Of a DNA stretch of 64,000 nucleotides, positions 33,597 through 42,202 are shown one piece after another; position 1 is the stretch's first letter; the number at the start of each line of letters is the position of its first letter. The position numbers were made by a program, and so were the translations under genes. Source of the DNA: an uncultured Armatimonadales bacterium (lineage in GTDB: Bacteria; Armatimonadota; Armatimonadia; Armatimonadales; Capsulimonadaceae); NCBI GenBank assembly GCA_964251675.1, contig CAXUKS010000011.1, positions 15,177 through 79,176 of the forward strand. Direction: 5' to 3'. The notes beneath the pieces were generated by a model, which ran no database searches, was not told where the DNA came from, and was given only the letters and a program-made list of their open reading frames with translations.

Positions 33597-33788
33597 GGGT
33601 GGATAACCTGTAGGGAATATACTGGGCAGTTATGAAAGCGAAATGAAAACACAAAAATCATGTAAATCATACACATCATACTTATCATTGGCATTATGCG
33701 TGTTTGAACCGGGAATGTCAAGCGGCTTTTGCGGATTGCGGAACTTTGAGAAACGCGGCTTTGTTCAACAAGCAAAGGGGCCAATCCC

Positions 33789-34583
33789 GTGTTTCAGCAT
33801 CTGCGCGAAGACATTCAGACGATTTTTACCAAAGACCCTGCCGCCCGCTCGGTGGCTGAAGTCTTGACCTACGCCGGGTTCTGGGCACTGTTTTTTCACC
33901 GGATTGCCCACCGCTTCTACGGGCGCGGCTGGTTTTTCCCGGCCCGCCTTTTGTCGCAGTATAGCCGCCTGGTCACAAACATCGAAATCCACCCCGGCGC
34001 GACCATCGGGCGGCGCTTTTTTATTGACCACGGCGCGGGCGTCGTGATCGGTGAAACCGCTGTGATTGGCGATGATGTTTTGATGTATCATCAGGTCACG
34101 CTTGGCGGCACGTCGCTGACCAAAACCAAGCGGCATCCGACGGTCGGCAACAACGTCCTGCTCGGCATGGGGGCCAAAGTGCTGGGCAACATCACGGTCG
34201 GCGACGGCGCACGTATTGGCGCTAACGCCGTCGTGACCCGAGACGTTCCCCCGAATACCAGCGTCGTTGGCGTGCCGGGGCGTATTCTGGTGCAGGACGG
34301 CCAGCATATCTCGGAGCGCACCACCGCGCAGGTCATGGACCAGGCCCTCGGCAATGCCGACCCGATGGGCGAGATCATCCGCCGGTCCCTGTCTGAAATT
34401 GAAGATTTGAAGTGCCGCTTGCAGGCCGTCGAGGAAGAACAGCACCCGGACCGCCTCCTGCGTGCCCTGGACACGGTCTGGGGGAAAATCCCCGAAAAGT
34501 CGCTGACCGAGCAGTTCGATGAAATCTGCGCCGATCATTACGCGCTCTCCCCGGAAGAAAACCTGTCCGGCGGAGGCATTTAA
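33789..34583 (+). CDS. cysE: serine O-acetyltransferase
   Basis: GTG start. N-terminal SATase helix domain (DPAARSVAEVLTYAGFWALFFHRIAH) and hexapeptide repeats (IHPGATIGRRFFIDHGAGVVIGETAVIGDDV). Confidence 0.9.
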   Translation: MFQHLREDIQTIFTKDPAARSVAEVLTYAGFWALFFHRIAHRFYGRGWFFPARLLSQYSRLVTNIEIHPGATIGRRFFIDHGAGVVIGETAVIGDDVLMYHQVTLGGTSLTKTKRHPTVGNNVLLGMGAKVLGNITVGDGARIGANAVVTRDVPPNTSVVGVPGRILVQDGQHISERTTAQVMDQALGNADPMGEIIRRSLSEIEDLKCRLQAVEEEQHPDRLLRALDTVWGKIPEKSLTEQFDEICADHYALSPEENLSGGGI

Positions 34584-34584
34584 G

Positions 34585-35493
34585 ATGCGGCTGCCTCGAC
34601 CTCTGCCGCCGGGTGGAACTATCGGCATCGTCAACCCGTCCAGTCCCGTCGAGCCTGATTTGCTGGATGCGGGCATTGCGGCGTTGGAGGCACGCGGTTT
34701 CCGTGTCGTGACTGCTCCGCATGTTCGCGCCCGCGACGGCCATCACGCGGGAACTCCTGCTCACCGTGCCGCAGACTTCACCGCGTTCTATGCTGACCCC
34801 GCCATTGACGCCGTCTGGTGCGCTCGTGGTGGCTCTTCGGCCCTGCGCCTCTGGCCCCTGCTGGAATGGCCGATGCTAGCCGCCCTGCCGCCCAAGATGG
34901 TGATTGGCTACTCGGACACGACTTCTCTTCTAATCCCGCTTGTCCAGAAAGTCGGCACGGTCGCCCTGCACGGCCCGCTGGTTTTTGAGCTGGGCGAGAT
35001 TGCCCCTGACGTGCTGGACTGGCAGTTGAAGCTGCTCCAATCGCCTGAACCCGCCGGACCTGTGCCGGGCCGCGCTGCTGACGTGCTGGTATCCGGCTGG
35101 GCCGAGGGGCCGCTCTGCGGCGGCTGCCTGTCGCTGGTCGCCGCGACGCTCGGCACACCGTATCAGATCGACACACGCGGCAAATTGCTGATCTTAGAAG
35201 ATACTGATGAGGCCCCGCATCGGGTGGAGCGGTATCTGGCGCAGTTCGCCGCCGCCGGGCTGTTCAAGGCCTCTGCCGGGGTCATCTTTGGCACGTCCAC
35301 CGGGGCCGATGACACACGCACCCTGCCCCTGCGCCAGATTTGGGCTGACGCCGTTCTGCCGTTCGGAAAGCCCGCCGTCCTCGGCTTCCCCTTCGGCCAT
35401 GTGACCCCCAACTGCGCCCTGCCTCTCGGCGTTCGCGCCCGCCTCGACGCCGACACCGGGACGCTTACTTTGCTGGAACCGGCGGTGCAATGA
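34585..35493 (+). CDS. ldcA: LD-carboxypeptidase (peptidase S66)
   Basis: ATG at 34585 right after the cysE stop. GGTIGIVNPSS, GYSDTTSL (Ser nucleophile) and a C-terminal E/H-containing domain. Confidence 0.85.
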   Translation: MRLPRPLPPGGTIGIVNPSSPVEPDLLDAGIAALEARGFRVVTAPHVRARDGHHAGTPAHRAADFTAFYADPAIDAVWCARGGSSALRLWPLLEWPMLAALPPKMVIGYSDTTSLLIPLVQKVGTVALHGPLVFELGEIAPDVLDWQLKLLQSPEPAGPVPGRAADVLVSGWAEGPLCGGCLSLVAATLGTPYQIDTRGKLLILEDTDEAPHRVERYLAQFAAAGLFKASAGVIFGTSTGADDTRTLPLRQIWADAVLPFGKPAVLGFPFGHVTPNCALPLGVRARLDADTGTLTLLEPAVQ

Positions 35494-35576
35494 CACGCGA
35501 ACTGCTGCCGTTTTCGCTGGACAGAATGTTTCTTGCCGTGCAGCGAGTGCGGCAAAGGCTGTAACGCGCCTCTGAC

Positions 35577-36074
35577 GTGCTTTCCGAAGCCGGGCTGCTT
35601 TACGCCGTGATTGGGGCAAATGCGGTCATGCTCTGGGTGGAGCAGCACGGCGAAGGCGGCGAGCGCAACACGCCCAACGTCGACTTTCTGGTGCGGCGGG
35701 CTGACCTCCTGCCGGTCACGGCGGCTTTGGAACGTGCCGGGTTCTGCCCGGACCCCGCCCGCCCGGACCTGTTCCGCGACGGCCCGACTGGCAGCCCGCG
35801 TACCCGCCTGCGTCTGCTGTTTGCCGGGGAAAAAGTGCGTGAAACCGACCTGCTGCCAGCCCCGGTGCTGACCGGCCTAGTCACTTTGCAGGGCTTCCCC
35901 GTCCTGCCGCTGGCCGCGCTTGTGCAAGCAACGCTGACGGCATGGCGGCTCGTAGACCGGGTGCATCTTATTGACTTGCTGGAAATAGGTTTGATTGATG
36001 CCTCCTGGGTCACTCGCTACCCGCCCGAACTTGGAGCGCGTCTGCAAATGCTGGTTGACGACCCGGACGGATAA
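35577..36074 (+). CDS. nucleotidyltransferase-fold protein (AbiEii-like); possibly truncated by an in-frame TAA
   Basis: GTG-initiated 165-aa ORF. The 24 codons from ATG 35490 are in the same frame and are interrupted only by TAA at 35562. Confidence 0.5.
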   Translation: MLSEAGLLYAVIGANAVMLWVEQHGEGGERNTPNVDFLVRRADLLPVTAALERAGFCPDPARPDLFRDGPTGSPRTRLRLLFAGEKVRETDLLPAPVLTGLVTLQGFPVLPLAALVQATLTAWRLVDRVHLIDLLEIGLIDASWVTRYPPELGARLQMLVDDPDG

Positions 36075-36105
36075 ATAGGCAGAAATTTGGGGTAAACTAA
36101 GAGAG

Positions 36106-37788
36106 ATGACTAAACAACGCAAGATTTTCCTTTTTTCACTGATTGGCCTCTGCGTGCTGGGCGCGATCATCTACCAGCAGGTACAGAGCGCCAAAGCCGC
36201 CAGCCAGATCAATTACCGTACTGCCGTCGCCACCGACGGCGATGTGACCGATGCCGTGGAAGCCAGCGGCGTGGTGCAGCCGCTGACCACTGTGGATGTC
36301 AAATCACGGGCGGGCGGGCGTCTGATCAAGCTCAATGTCGATGTCGGCTCTCCCATCAAGCCTGGCACGCTGATTGGCCGCATCGATCCCTCCGACACGC
36401 TTTCCGCCTACAACCAATCGCAAGCCGATCTGACCACTGCCCGCGCCCGGCTGTCTCAGACCCAGCAGCAGGCCCGGATGTCCGGCACACAGGATACGCT
36501 TTCCGTGTCCGGAGCGCAGCAGGCCGTGTTGGCCGCGCAGGCCAAGCTGGCCCAGGCGCAGGCGCAGTCCACGGCCCAGCCCGCGCTGACCCAGAGCAGC
36601 ATTGCCCAGGCCAAAGCCAGCCTCGCTGCCGCCACCCAGCAGTACCAGCAGCTTCAGGCCGCCACCAACCCTCAGGCCCGCGCCGCCGCGCAGGCCGACA
36701 ATGCTCAGGCCAAAGCGACTGTCGCTGCCGCCGATGCCGCGTACAGCCGCCAAAATCAGCTTCTCAAAAAAGGATTTGTCGCCCAGCAGGCCGTGGACAC
36801 CGCCCTGGCTGCCCGCGATGTCGCCCGTGCCACACTGGCCCAGACCCAGCAGCGGCTCCAGACCATTGATGCCGACCAGAAAGCCGCCCTCGCCGCCGCT
36901 GCCGCACGGGTCAGCCAGGCCAAAGGCGCACTGGCCTCAGCGCAGGCGGGACGCTACGAAATCGGGACGCGCCAGCAGGATGTGGATGCCGCCCGCGCCG
37001 CGCTCAGTCAGGCGCGGGTGTCTCTGCAAAACGCCCAGGCGGGCCTCATGCAGGGCAGCATCCGGCAGTCCGATATTCAGGCCGCGCAGGCGTCGGTCTC
37101 CAAAGCGCAGGCGGAAGTCAACAACCGCTCGGTGCAGCTTCACGATGCCACGATTTATGCCCCCCGCAGCGGTGTCATTCTGCAAAAGTATGTCGAAGAA
37201 GGCACGATTATCACCAGCGGTCAGTCCCAGTCCTCCGATGGCACGAAAATCGTTCAGATCGGCGATGTCAGCACGCTCTATATTGATGTCAGCGTGGACG
37301 AATCCGATGTCGGCAAAATCCATCTTAACCAGAAAGTGCTGATTGCGCTTGACGCCGTGCCTGATTCCAAGCCCAGTGGCCGCGTCGTTCGCATCGACCC
37401 GCAAGCCATTAACGACCGTGATGTGACTACGGTTCACGTCCGCGTCCAAATCCAGAAGCCTGACTCGGCCATCAAGCCCGGTATGAACGCCACCTGTCAG
37501 TTTATCCTGCGCGATGTGCACAACGTATTAGTCGTTCCCAGCGACGCCGTCAAAGAAGGCCGCGACGGCGCAAACAGCGTGCGCGTGCTCGATAAAGACG
37601 GCAAAGCCGTGGCACGCTCCGTGGAGGTCGGCGTCGTTGGCAGCGACAAGACTGAGATCAAGAAGGGTCTTCAAGCCGGAGACAAAGTGGTTCTCGGCAT
37701 CATCTCCTCCGATGGCGGCGGCGATGGCGGCGGCGGCGATGCCAAAGGCGGCGGGTCTCCCGGTGGCGGGGGACGCGGTGGGCGATAG
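36106..37788 (+). CDS. MacA/HlyD-type periplasmic adaptor with extended coiled coil and Gly-rich tail
   Basis: 560 aa. N-terminal TM anchor, about 245-aa Q/A-rich coiled coil, beta-barrel and MP domains, and a C-terminal GGGDGGGGDAKGGGSPGGGGRGGR tail. Confidence 0.88.
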   Translation: MTKQRKIFLFSLIGLCVLGAIIYQQVQSAKAASQINYRTAVATDGDVTDAVEASGVVQPLTTVDVKSRAGGRLIKLNVDVGSPIKPGTLIGRIDPSDTLSAYNQSQADLTTARARLSQTQQQARMSGTQDTLSVSGAQQAVLAAQAKLAQAQAQSTAQPALTQSSIAQAKASLAAATQQYQQLQAATNPQARAAAQADNAQAKATVAAADAAYSRQNQLLKKGFVAQQAVDTALAARDVARATLAQTQQRLQTIDADQKAALAAAAARVSQAKGALASAQAGRYEIGTRQQDVDAARAALSQARVSLQNAQAGLMQGSIRQSDIQAAQASVSKAQAEVNNRSVQLHDATIYAPRSGVILQKYVEEGTIITSGQSQSSDGTKIVQIGDVSTLYIDVSVDESDVGKIHLNQKVLIALDAVPDSKPSGRVVRIDPQAINDRDVTTVHVRVQIQKPDSAIKPGMNATCQFILRDVHNVLVVPSDAVKEGRDGANSVRVLDKDGKAVARSVEVGVVGSDKTEIKKGLQAGDKVVLGIISSDGGGDGGGGDAKGGGSPGGGGRGGR

Positions 37789-37802
37789 AGCAGCAACGAA
37801 AA

Positions 37803-37936
37803 CACGGGGCTGAACCCCCGTGCTTTAAAAACAAGCCCCCGCCTTCGCGGGCGAAGATAAATGAGGACAGGCACTTCTGATGCCCTTACCCCCGGAATTT
37901 GCCCTTTAAAGCATACGGTTTAGCCCCGTGTGCCCT
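37803..37936. repeat. miniature inverted-repeat element, family A copy 3 (right arm degenerate)
   Basis: cacggggctgaacccccgtgctttaaaaacaagcccccgccttcgcgggcg...gcatacggtttagccccgtgtgccc. Lies between macA-like and macB-like genes. Confidence 0.8.
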
Positions 37937-37955
37937 TTCGGTTAGAAAGCCAGCC

Positions 37956-39290
37956 ATGAGCACACTGCTCCAAAAGCCAGAAATCCAGACGCCTGAACCG
38001 AGTGCGCCCGGGCGGCCTGAAGCCCCCGCGCCGCATCGGTTCCAGAAAAACCGCACGCCTGCGCTGAACCTGAGCGAATGCGTCCACATCGCCCTGCAGG
38101 GGCTGGCCGCCAACAAAATGCGGGCAATGCTGACCATGCTTGGCATTATCATCGGTGTTGGTGCGGTCATCACTATGATTGCCGTGGGGCAGGGGGCGCG
38201 GCAAAAAACGCTGGGCCAGATTCAGGCGCTCGGGACCAATGTCTTGATTATCCAGTCCGGTCAGACCAAATCCGGCGGCGTCTTCGGCGGAGCGGGGTCA
38301 GGCCGCAACATCACGTTTGAGGACCTGGATGCTATTCTCAAAAAATGCCCCGCCGTCGTCGCCGTCACCGGCGAAGACATCACGCAGGCGCAGGTCAAAG
38401 GCGGCAGCACCAACACCAACACTAGTGTGATCGGCATCGGGGCCGACTATGCGGATATTCGCAATTTCACCCTCGCCAATGGCCGCAACTTCACCCAGCG
38501 CGACATTCGGGGCCGCTCGCCGGTCTGCATTCTTGGCGCAAAAGTGGCAACGGACTTCTTCAAAGACAAGTCGCCTCTGGAACAGCGTATTCGCATCAAT
38601 TCCATGTCGTACCGCGTCGTCGGCGTCATGGCCCGCAAAGGGCAGGTCGGCTCGCAGAATGCCGACGATCAGGTGTTTTTGCCCCTCAGCACATTCCAGC
38701 ACAGGCTGGGCCGCTGGTGGTGGCGAGGCCGCGTGGCAACTGCCGACATTCAGGCTGTCAGTGCCGCGCAGATGGACGAGGCAGCCCGTCAGGTCACGGC
38801 CCTGATGCGCCAGCAGCACCGGCGCAAGCCCGAGCAGCCAGATGACATCACGATCAACAACCAGGCCGAAATTGCCGCTGTCGCCGAGCAGACCACGCGC
38901 ACGTTTACCTTCCTGCTGGCCTCCATCGCGGGCGTCTCGCTGCTGGTCGGCGGCATTGGCATTATGAACATCATGCTGGTGTCGGTGACCGAGCGCACCC
39001 GCGAAATCGGCGTTCGCAAGGCCATCGGAGCCAAACGGCGCGACATCCTGTGGCAATTTTTGATTGAAAGCGTTGTGCTGTCACTGCTCGGCGGGGTCAT
39101 TGGCATTGCCCTCGGCACGGGCGGGGCGCTGCTATTGGGCCATTTCAGCAGCGACTACACGCCGATTTTGACTCTACCGCCTGTCTTGCTGGCCTTCGGC
39201 TTCGCGGCTGGAGTCGGCATCTTCTTCGGCTTCTACCCCGCGCAGAAAGCCTCCCGCCTCACGCCGATTGAAGCCCTGCGGCACGAGTAG
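37956..39290 (+). CDS. ABC transporter permease, MacB/FtsX family
   Basis: Start at ATG 37956, after the repeat. MacB_PCD periplasmic domain and a C-terminal FtsX 3-TM module (ERTREIGVRKAIGA). Confidence 0.9.
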   Translation: MSTLLQKPEIQTPEPSAPGRPEAPAPHRFQKNRTPALNLSECVHIALQGLAANKMRAMLTMLGIIIGVGAVITMIAVGQGARQKTLGQIQALGTNVLIIQSGQTKSGGVFGGAGSGRNITFEDLDAILKKCPAVVAVTGEDITQAQVKGGSTNTNTSVIGIGADYADIRNFTLANGRNFTQRDIRGRSPVCILGAKVATDFFKDKSPLEQRIRINSMSYRVVGVMARKGQVGSQNADDQVFLPLSTFQHRLGRWWWRGRVATADIQAVSAAQMDEAARQVTALMRQQHRRKPEQPDDITINNQAEIAAVAEQTTRTFTFLLASIAGVSLLVGGIGIMNIMLVSVTERTREIGVRKAIGAKRRDILWQFLIESVVLSLLGGVIGIALGTGGALLLGHFSSDYTPILTLPPVLLAFGFAAGVGIFFGFYPAQKASRLTPIEALRHE

Positions 39291-39296
39291 CAAGTT

Positions 39297-39436
39297 TGCC
39301 GGGGGTATAAAACCCCCGGCAGGAAGTTCAGTCGCCCTCCGGGCGGAAGAATAAGACGAAGAGACTGCCAATGGCCGCAGGCTCTTCTCTTTCGTCCGCA
39401 GGACGCCTCTCCTAGCGAGGGGTTTTCAACCCCTCG
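39297..39436. repeat. composite: family C arm plus family B arm
   Basis: tgccgggggtataaaacccccggcagg..gtcgccctccgggcgg ... ttcgtccgcaggacgcctctcctagcgaggggttttcaacccctcg. Lies between permease and ATPase genes. Confidence 0.8.
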
Positions 39437-39458
39437 CGCTTTGCCCTGCGTTTTAACT

Positions 39459-40157
39459 ATGATCACACTCACTGACATCACTAAAACCTATCAGACCGGC
39501 AGCATGGCGCTAACGGTCCTCAAGGGCATCACGCTGACCATTGGGGCGGGAGAAATGGTGGCGATTATGGGGCCGTCGGGGTCGGGCAAGTCCACGCTGA
39601 TGAACATTATCGGCTGCCTGGACCAGCCGACTTCGGGGTCCTATGCGCTCGACGGCTTTGAAGTCGCCAATTTGGACGAAAACACGCTGGCCGAAATCCG
39701 CAACGTCACGCTCGGCTTTGTCTTTCAGCAGTTCAACCTGCTGGCCCGCACGACGGCCCTGCGGAACGTGGAGCTGCCACTGATTTACTCAGGGGAGCGG
39801 GACCGCGAGGAAAAGGCCAAGCGGGCACTGGCCCGCGTCGGCCTTTCCGACCGGATGGACCACACCCCCGCGCAGTTGTCCGGCGGCCAGCAGCAGCGCG
39901 TCGCTATTGCCCGCGCCATTGTCAACAACCCGCCCATCCTGTTTGGCGATGAGCCGACCGGTGCTTTGGACAGCCGAACGGGCGAGGAGATTATGGGGAT
40001 TTTTCAGGGCCTGAACAACGAGGGAAAGACAGTCGTTCTCGTGACCCATGAGGAAGACATTGCCGAACATTGCCACCGCATCCTGCGCTTCCGCGATGGC
40101 AACATCGTCAGCGATGAGCCGGTCAAAGACCGGCGGATTGCGCCGGTAGTGGCGTGA
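39459..40157 (+). CDS. ABC transporter ATP-binding protein (MacB/LolD-type)
   Basis: Walker A GPSGSGKST, signature LSGGQQQRVAIARA, Walker B ILFGDEPT. Confidence 0.93.
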   Translation: MITLTDITKTYQTGSMALTVLKGITLTIGAGEMVAIMGPSGSGKSTLMNIIGCLDQPTSGSYALDGFEVANLDENTLAEIRNVTLGFVFQQFNLLARTTALRNVELPLIYSGERDREEKAKRALARVGLSDRMDHTPAQLSGGQQQRVAIARAIVNNPPILFGDEPTGALDSRTGEEIMGIFQGLNNEGKTVVLVTHEEDIAEHCHRILRFRDGNIVSDEPVKDRRIAPVVA

Positions 40158-40176
40158 TGATGACCTATCTATCCCG

Positions 40177-40659
40177 TCATTGCCGAAGACTGTACATATA
40201 CTCCCGGTAGGCTCTCTCCACGGCCTCGTGCCGTTCCCGGTAGAGGGTCAGGGCAGTGGGGCTTGCCACTGGAACGGAACTACCAAGAAGCGAAACCGTT
40301 GCAGAGAGAGTGTCCACGGGCCACTTGAATAGGTGGATACTGAAAAAGTTCGTTACATACCCTGCCGGGTCAGGGCACAGTAGGAATACTTCTATCAAGA
40401 CGCCTTGCTGCCGGTAGGCGCGTTTATGTGAGAACCGCTTTTCTTCAATCTCTTCCGCATTGTCATGCGTCCGCAAAAATCTGTCCAAACCGGAGAAGTC
40501 AACTGCGGGATACAACAGGTCGATATCGAGGTGGGGGCCGGGTGGGCGCAGACCAAACAGCTCTTCTGCCCACCCGCCAAAGGCCCAAACAGGGACCCCC
40601 TCCGTTTCCAATTCCCGGAGCGTGTCAGCCAAAAATTGCCGCGTGTTCCGCTCACACAT
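40177..40659 (-). CDS. nucleotidyltransferase, ANT(2'')-like family
   Basis: GVPVWAFGGWAEELFG.....H.DIDLLYP parallels the LPLWIGGGWAID.....HDDIDLTFP region of aminoglycoside 2''-nucleotidyltransferase. AT-richer than its neighbours. Confidence 0.6.
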   Translation of the reverse strand: MCERNTRQFLADTLRELETEGVPVWAFGGWAEELFGLRPPGPHLDIDLLYPAVDFSGLDRFLRTHDNAEEIEEKRFSHKRAYRQQGVLIEVFLLCPDPAGYVTNFFSIHLFKWPVDTLSATVSLLGSSVPVASPTALTLYRERHEAVERAYREYMYSLRQ

Positions 40660-40662
40660 CGG

Positions 40663-41649
40663 TCAATCCTTCGCCCAGAACATCTCGCCGGGCGGCTCGG
40701 CGATCACCGACGCTTTCAGAGTCTCCATCGCCTTCTTTAAACCCTCTGTCGTGGACATCAGGCTGTCTTCATGCTCAATGGACAGCACATCGTCGTAGCC
40801 AATCATCCGCAGATTAGACACGAAATCCCGCCACCAGCTCAGCGTATGGCCGTAGCCGACGGCGCGGAAGGTCCAGGAGCGGCCCAGTACATCGCCGTAG
40901 GATTTCGTATCCAGCGTGCCGTTAATGGCTGCGTTGTAGGGGTCAATCCGTGTGTCTTTGGCATGGACATGAAAGATGGCCCCTGCCGCGCCCAGATGCC
41001 GGACAGCGGCAATCGGGTCAATGCCCTGCCACCAGAAGTGCGAAGGGTCGAAGTTCGCCCCGATCTGCGGCCCGGCGGCGTCGCGCAGTCTCAGGATAGT
41101 TTCGGGGTTGTAGACCAAGAAGCCCGGATGCGCTTCAATGGCGAACTTGACGTTATGCTCTTTCAGAAAGCGGTTCTGCTTGCGCCAGTAGGGGATAGCG
41201 ACTTTCTTCCACTGGTAGTCTAAAATGTCCCGGAACTCGTCGGGCCAGGCGCAGGTCACCCAGTTCGGGTTCTTGGCGCGGGGGCTGTCGCCGGGGCAGC
41301 CAGAGAAGCCGTTGACCACAGACAGGTCCAACTTCTCCGCCAGCAGAACGGCATTCTCGAATGCTTTGCCGTGCTCCTCGGCGATAGCCCGGTCGGGGTG
41401 CAGCGGGTTGCCATGCACCGAGAGTGAGTCGAGAGTCAGCCCCCGGCTTTCAATCGCGTGACGCAGTTTTTTCCGGGCGCCCTCGTCACTGAGGAGCTTC
41501 TCCACGCCGCCCATGTCATCAAGATGCCGCGAGCCGGGATAGGCTCCCGCGCCGAACTCCACGGCCTGAATGCCGCTTTCGGCGATAATATCCAGCGCCT
41601 CTTCCAGCGGCTTGTCGTGGAACAGCGCCGTAAAAATTCCGATCTTCAT
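40663..41649 (-). CDS. sugar phosphate isomerase/epimerase (xylose isomerase-like TIM barrel)
   Basis: Start at ATG 41649 (MKIGIFTALF). AP-endonuclease-2/TIM-barrel layout with E/D/H metal ligands. The longer ORF to 41835 overlaps the cdd gene region (41723..42175). Confidence 0.8.
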   Translation of the reverse strand: MKIGIFTALFHDKPLEEALDIIAESGIQAVEFGAGAYPGSRHLDDMGGVEKLLSDEGARKKLRHAIESRGLTLDSLSVHGNPLHPDRAIAEEHGKAFENAVLLAEKLDLSVVNGFSGCPGDSPRAKNPNWVTCAWPDEFRDILDYQWKKVAIPYWRKQNRFLKEHNVKFAIEAHPGFLVYNPETILRLRDAAGPQIGANFDPSHFWWQGIDPIAAVRHLGAAGAIFHVHAKDTRIDPYNAAINGTLDTKSYGDVLGRSWTFRAVGYGHTLSWWRDFVSNLRMIGYDDVLSIEHEDSLMSTTEGLKKAMETLKASVIAEPPGEMFWAKD

Positions 41650-41722
41650 TGGGGAAAAGCCTCCATAGTCATTAAGCCGCAGGTTCCACACGCGGGGAGC
41701 ATTTTCCTGCTTTGAGAGCTTT

Positions 41723-42175
41723 TTAGAGCAGCGTGAAATTGTCGGGGAGCAGGTCGGTGATGGACTCCAACGCAGACTCGCCTGCAAAGGTTGCGGACAG
41801 CACCATAATTGGATTGTCAGAGTGCGAGAACTCAATCAGGACCTGACGGCACGCGCCGCAGGGCTTGCACAGGCGCGGGGCGGAGGTGACCACGGCGACC
41901 GCCACAATATCCATGCGGCCATCGGCAATGGCACTGAACACGGCCACCCGCTCGGCGCAGACGGTCAGGCCAAACGACGCATTTTCCACGTTGCAGCCGT
42001 GGTAGATGCTCCCGTCCGCCGTCAGCACGGCGGCCCCCACGCTGAAGTTGGAGTAGGGGGCGTAAGCAGATAACTGTGCGGTGCGAGCTTCGGCCAGCAG
42101 CCGCTCTCGGTGCGTTTCGACTAGCTCACGGCTTGATACTGTCTTTGGTTCAGGCATAATGCGTGCCTTATTCAC
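41723..42175 (-). CDS. cdd: cytidine deaminase
   Basis: CAERVA and PCGACRQVL zinc-binding motifs. An alternative start lies at 42157. Confidence 0.88.
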   Translation of the reverse strand: MNKARIMPEPKTVSSRELVETHRERLLAEARTAQLSAYAPYSNFSVGAAVLTADGSIYHGCNVENASFGLTVCAERVAVFSAIADGRMDIVAVAVVTSAPRLCKPCGACRQVLIEFSHSDNPIMVLSATFAGESALESITDLLPDNFTLL

Positions 42176-42202
42176 CAGGGGCGCGGCGTGTTCCTCCCGC
42201 CC

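Noticed and set aside
41650-41835. Upstream extension of the sugar phosphate isomerase ORF, overlapping cdd.
   Set aside because: The ATG at 41649 (MKIGIFTALF) is the family-typical start. The extension would overlap the cdd 3' region.
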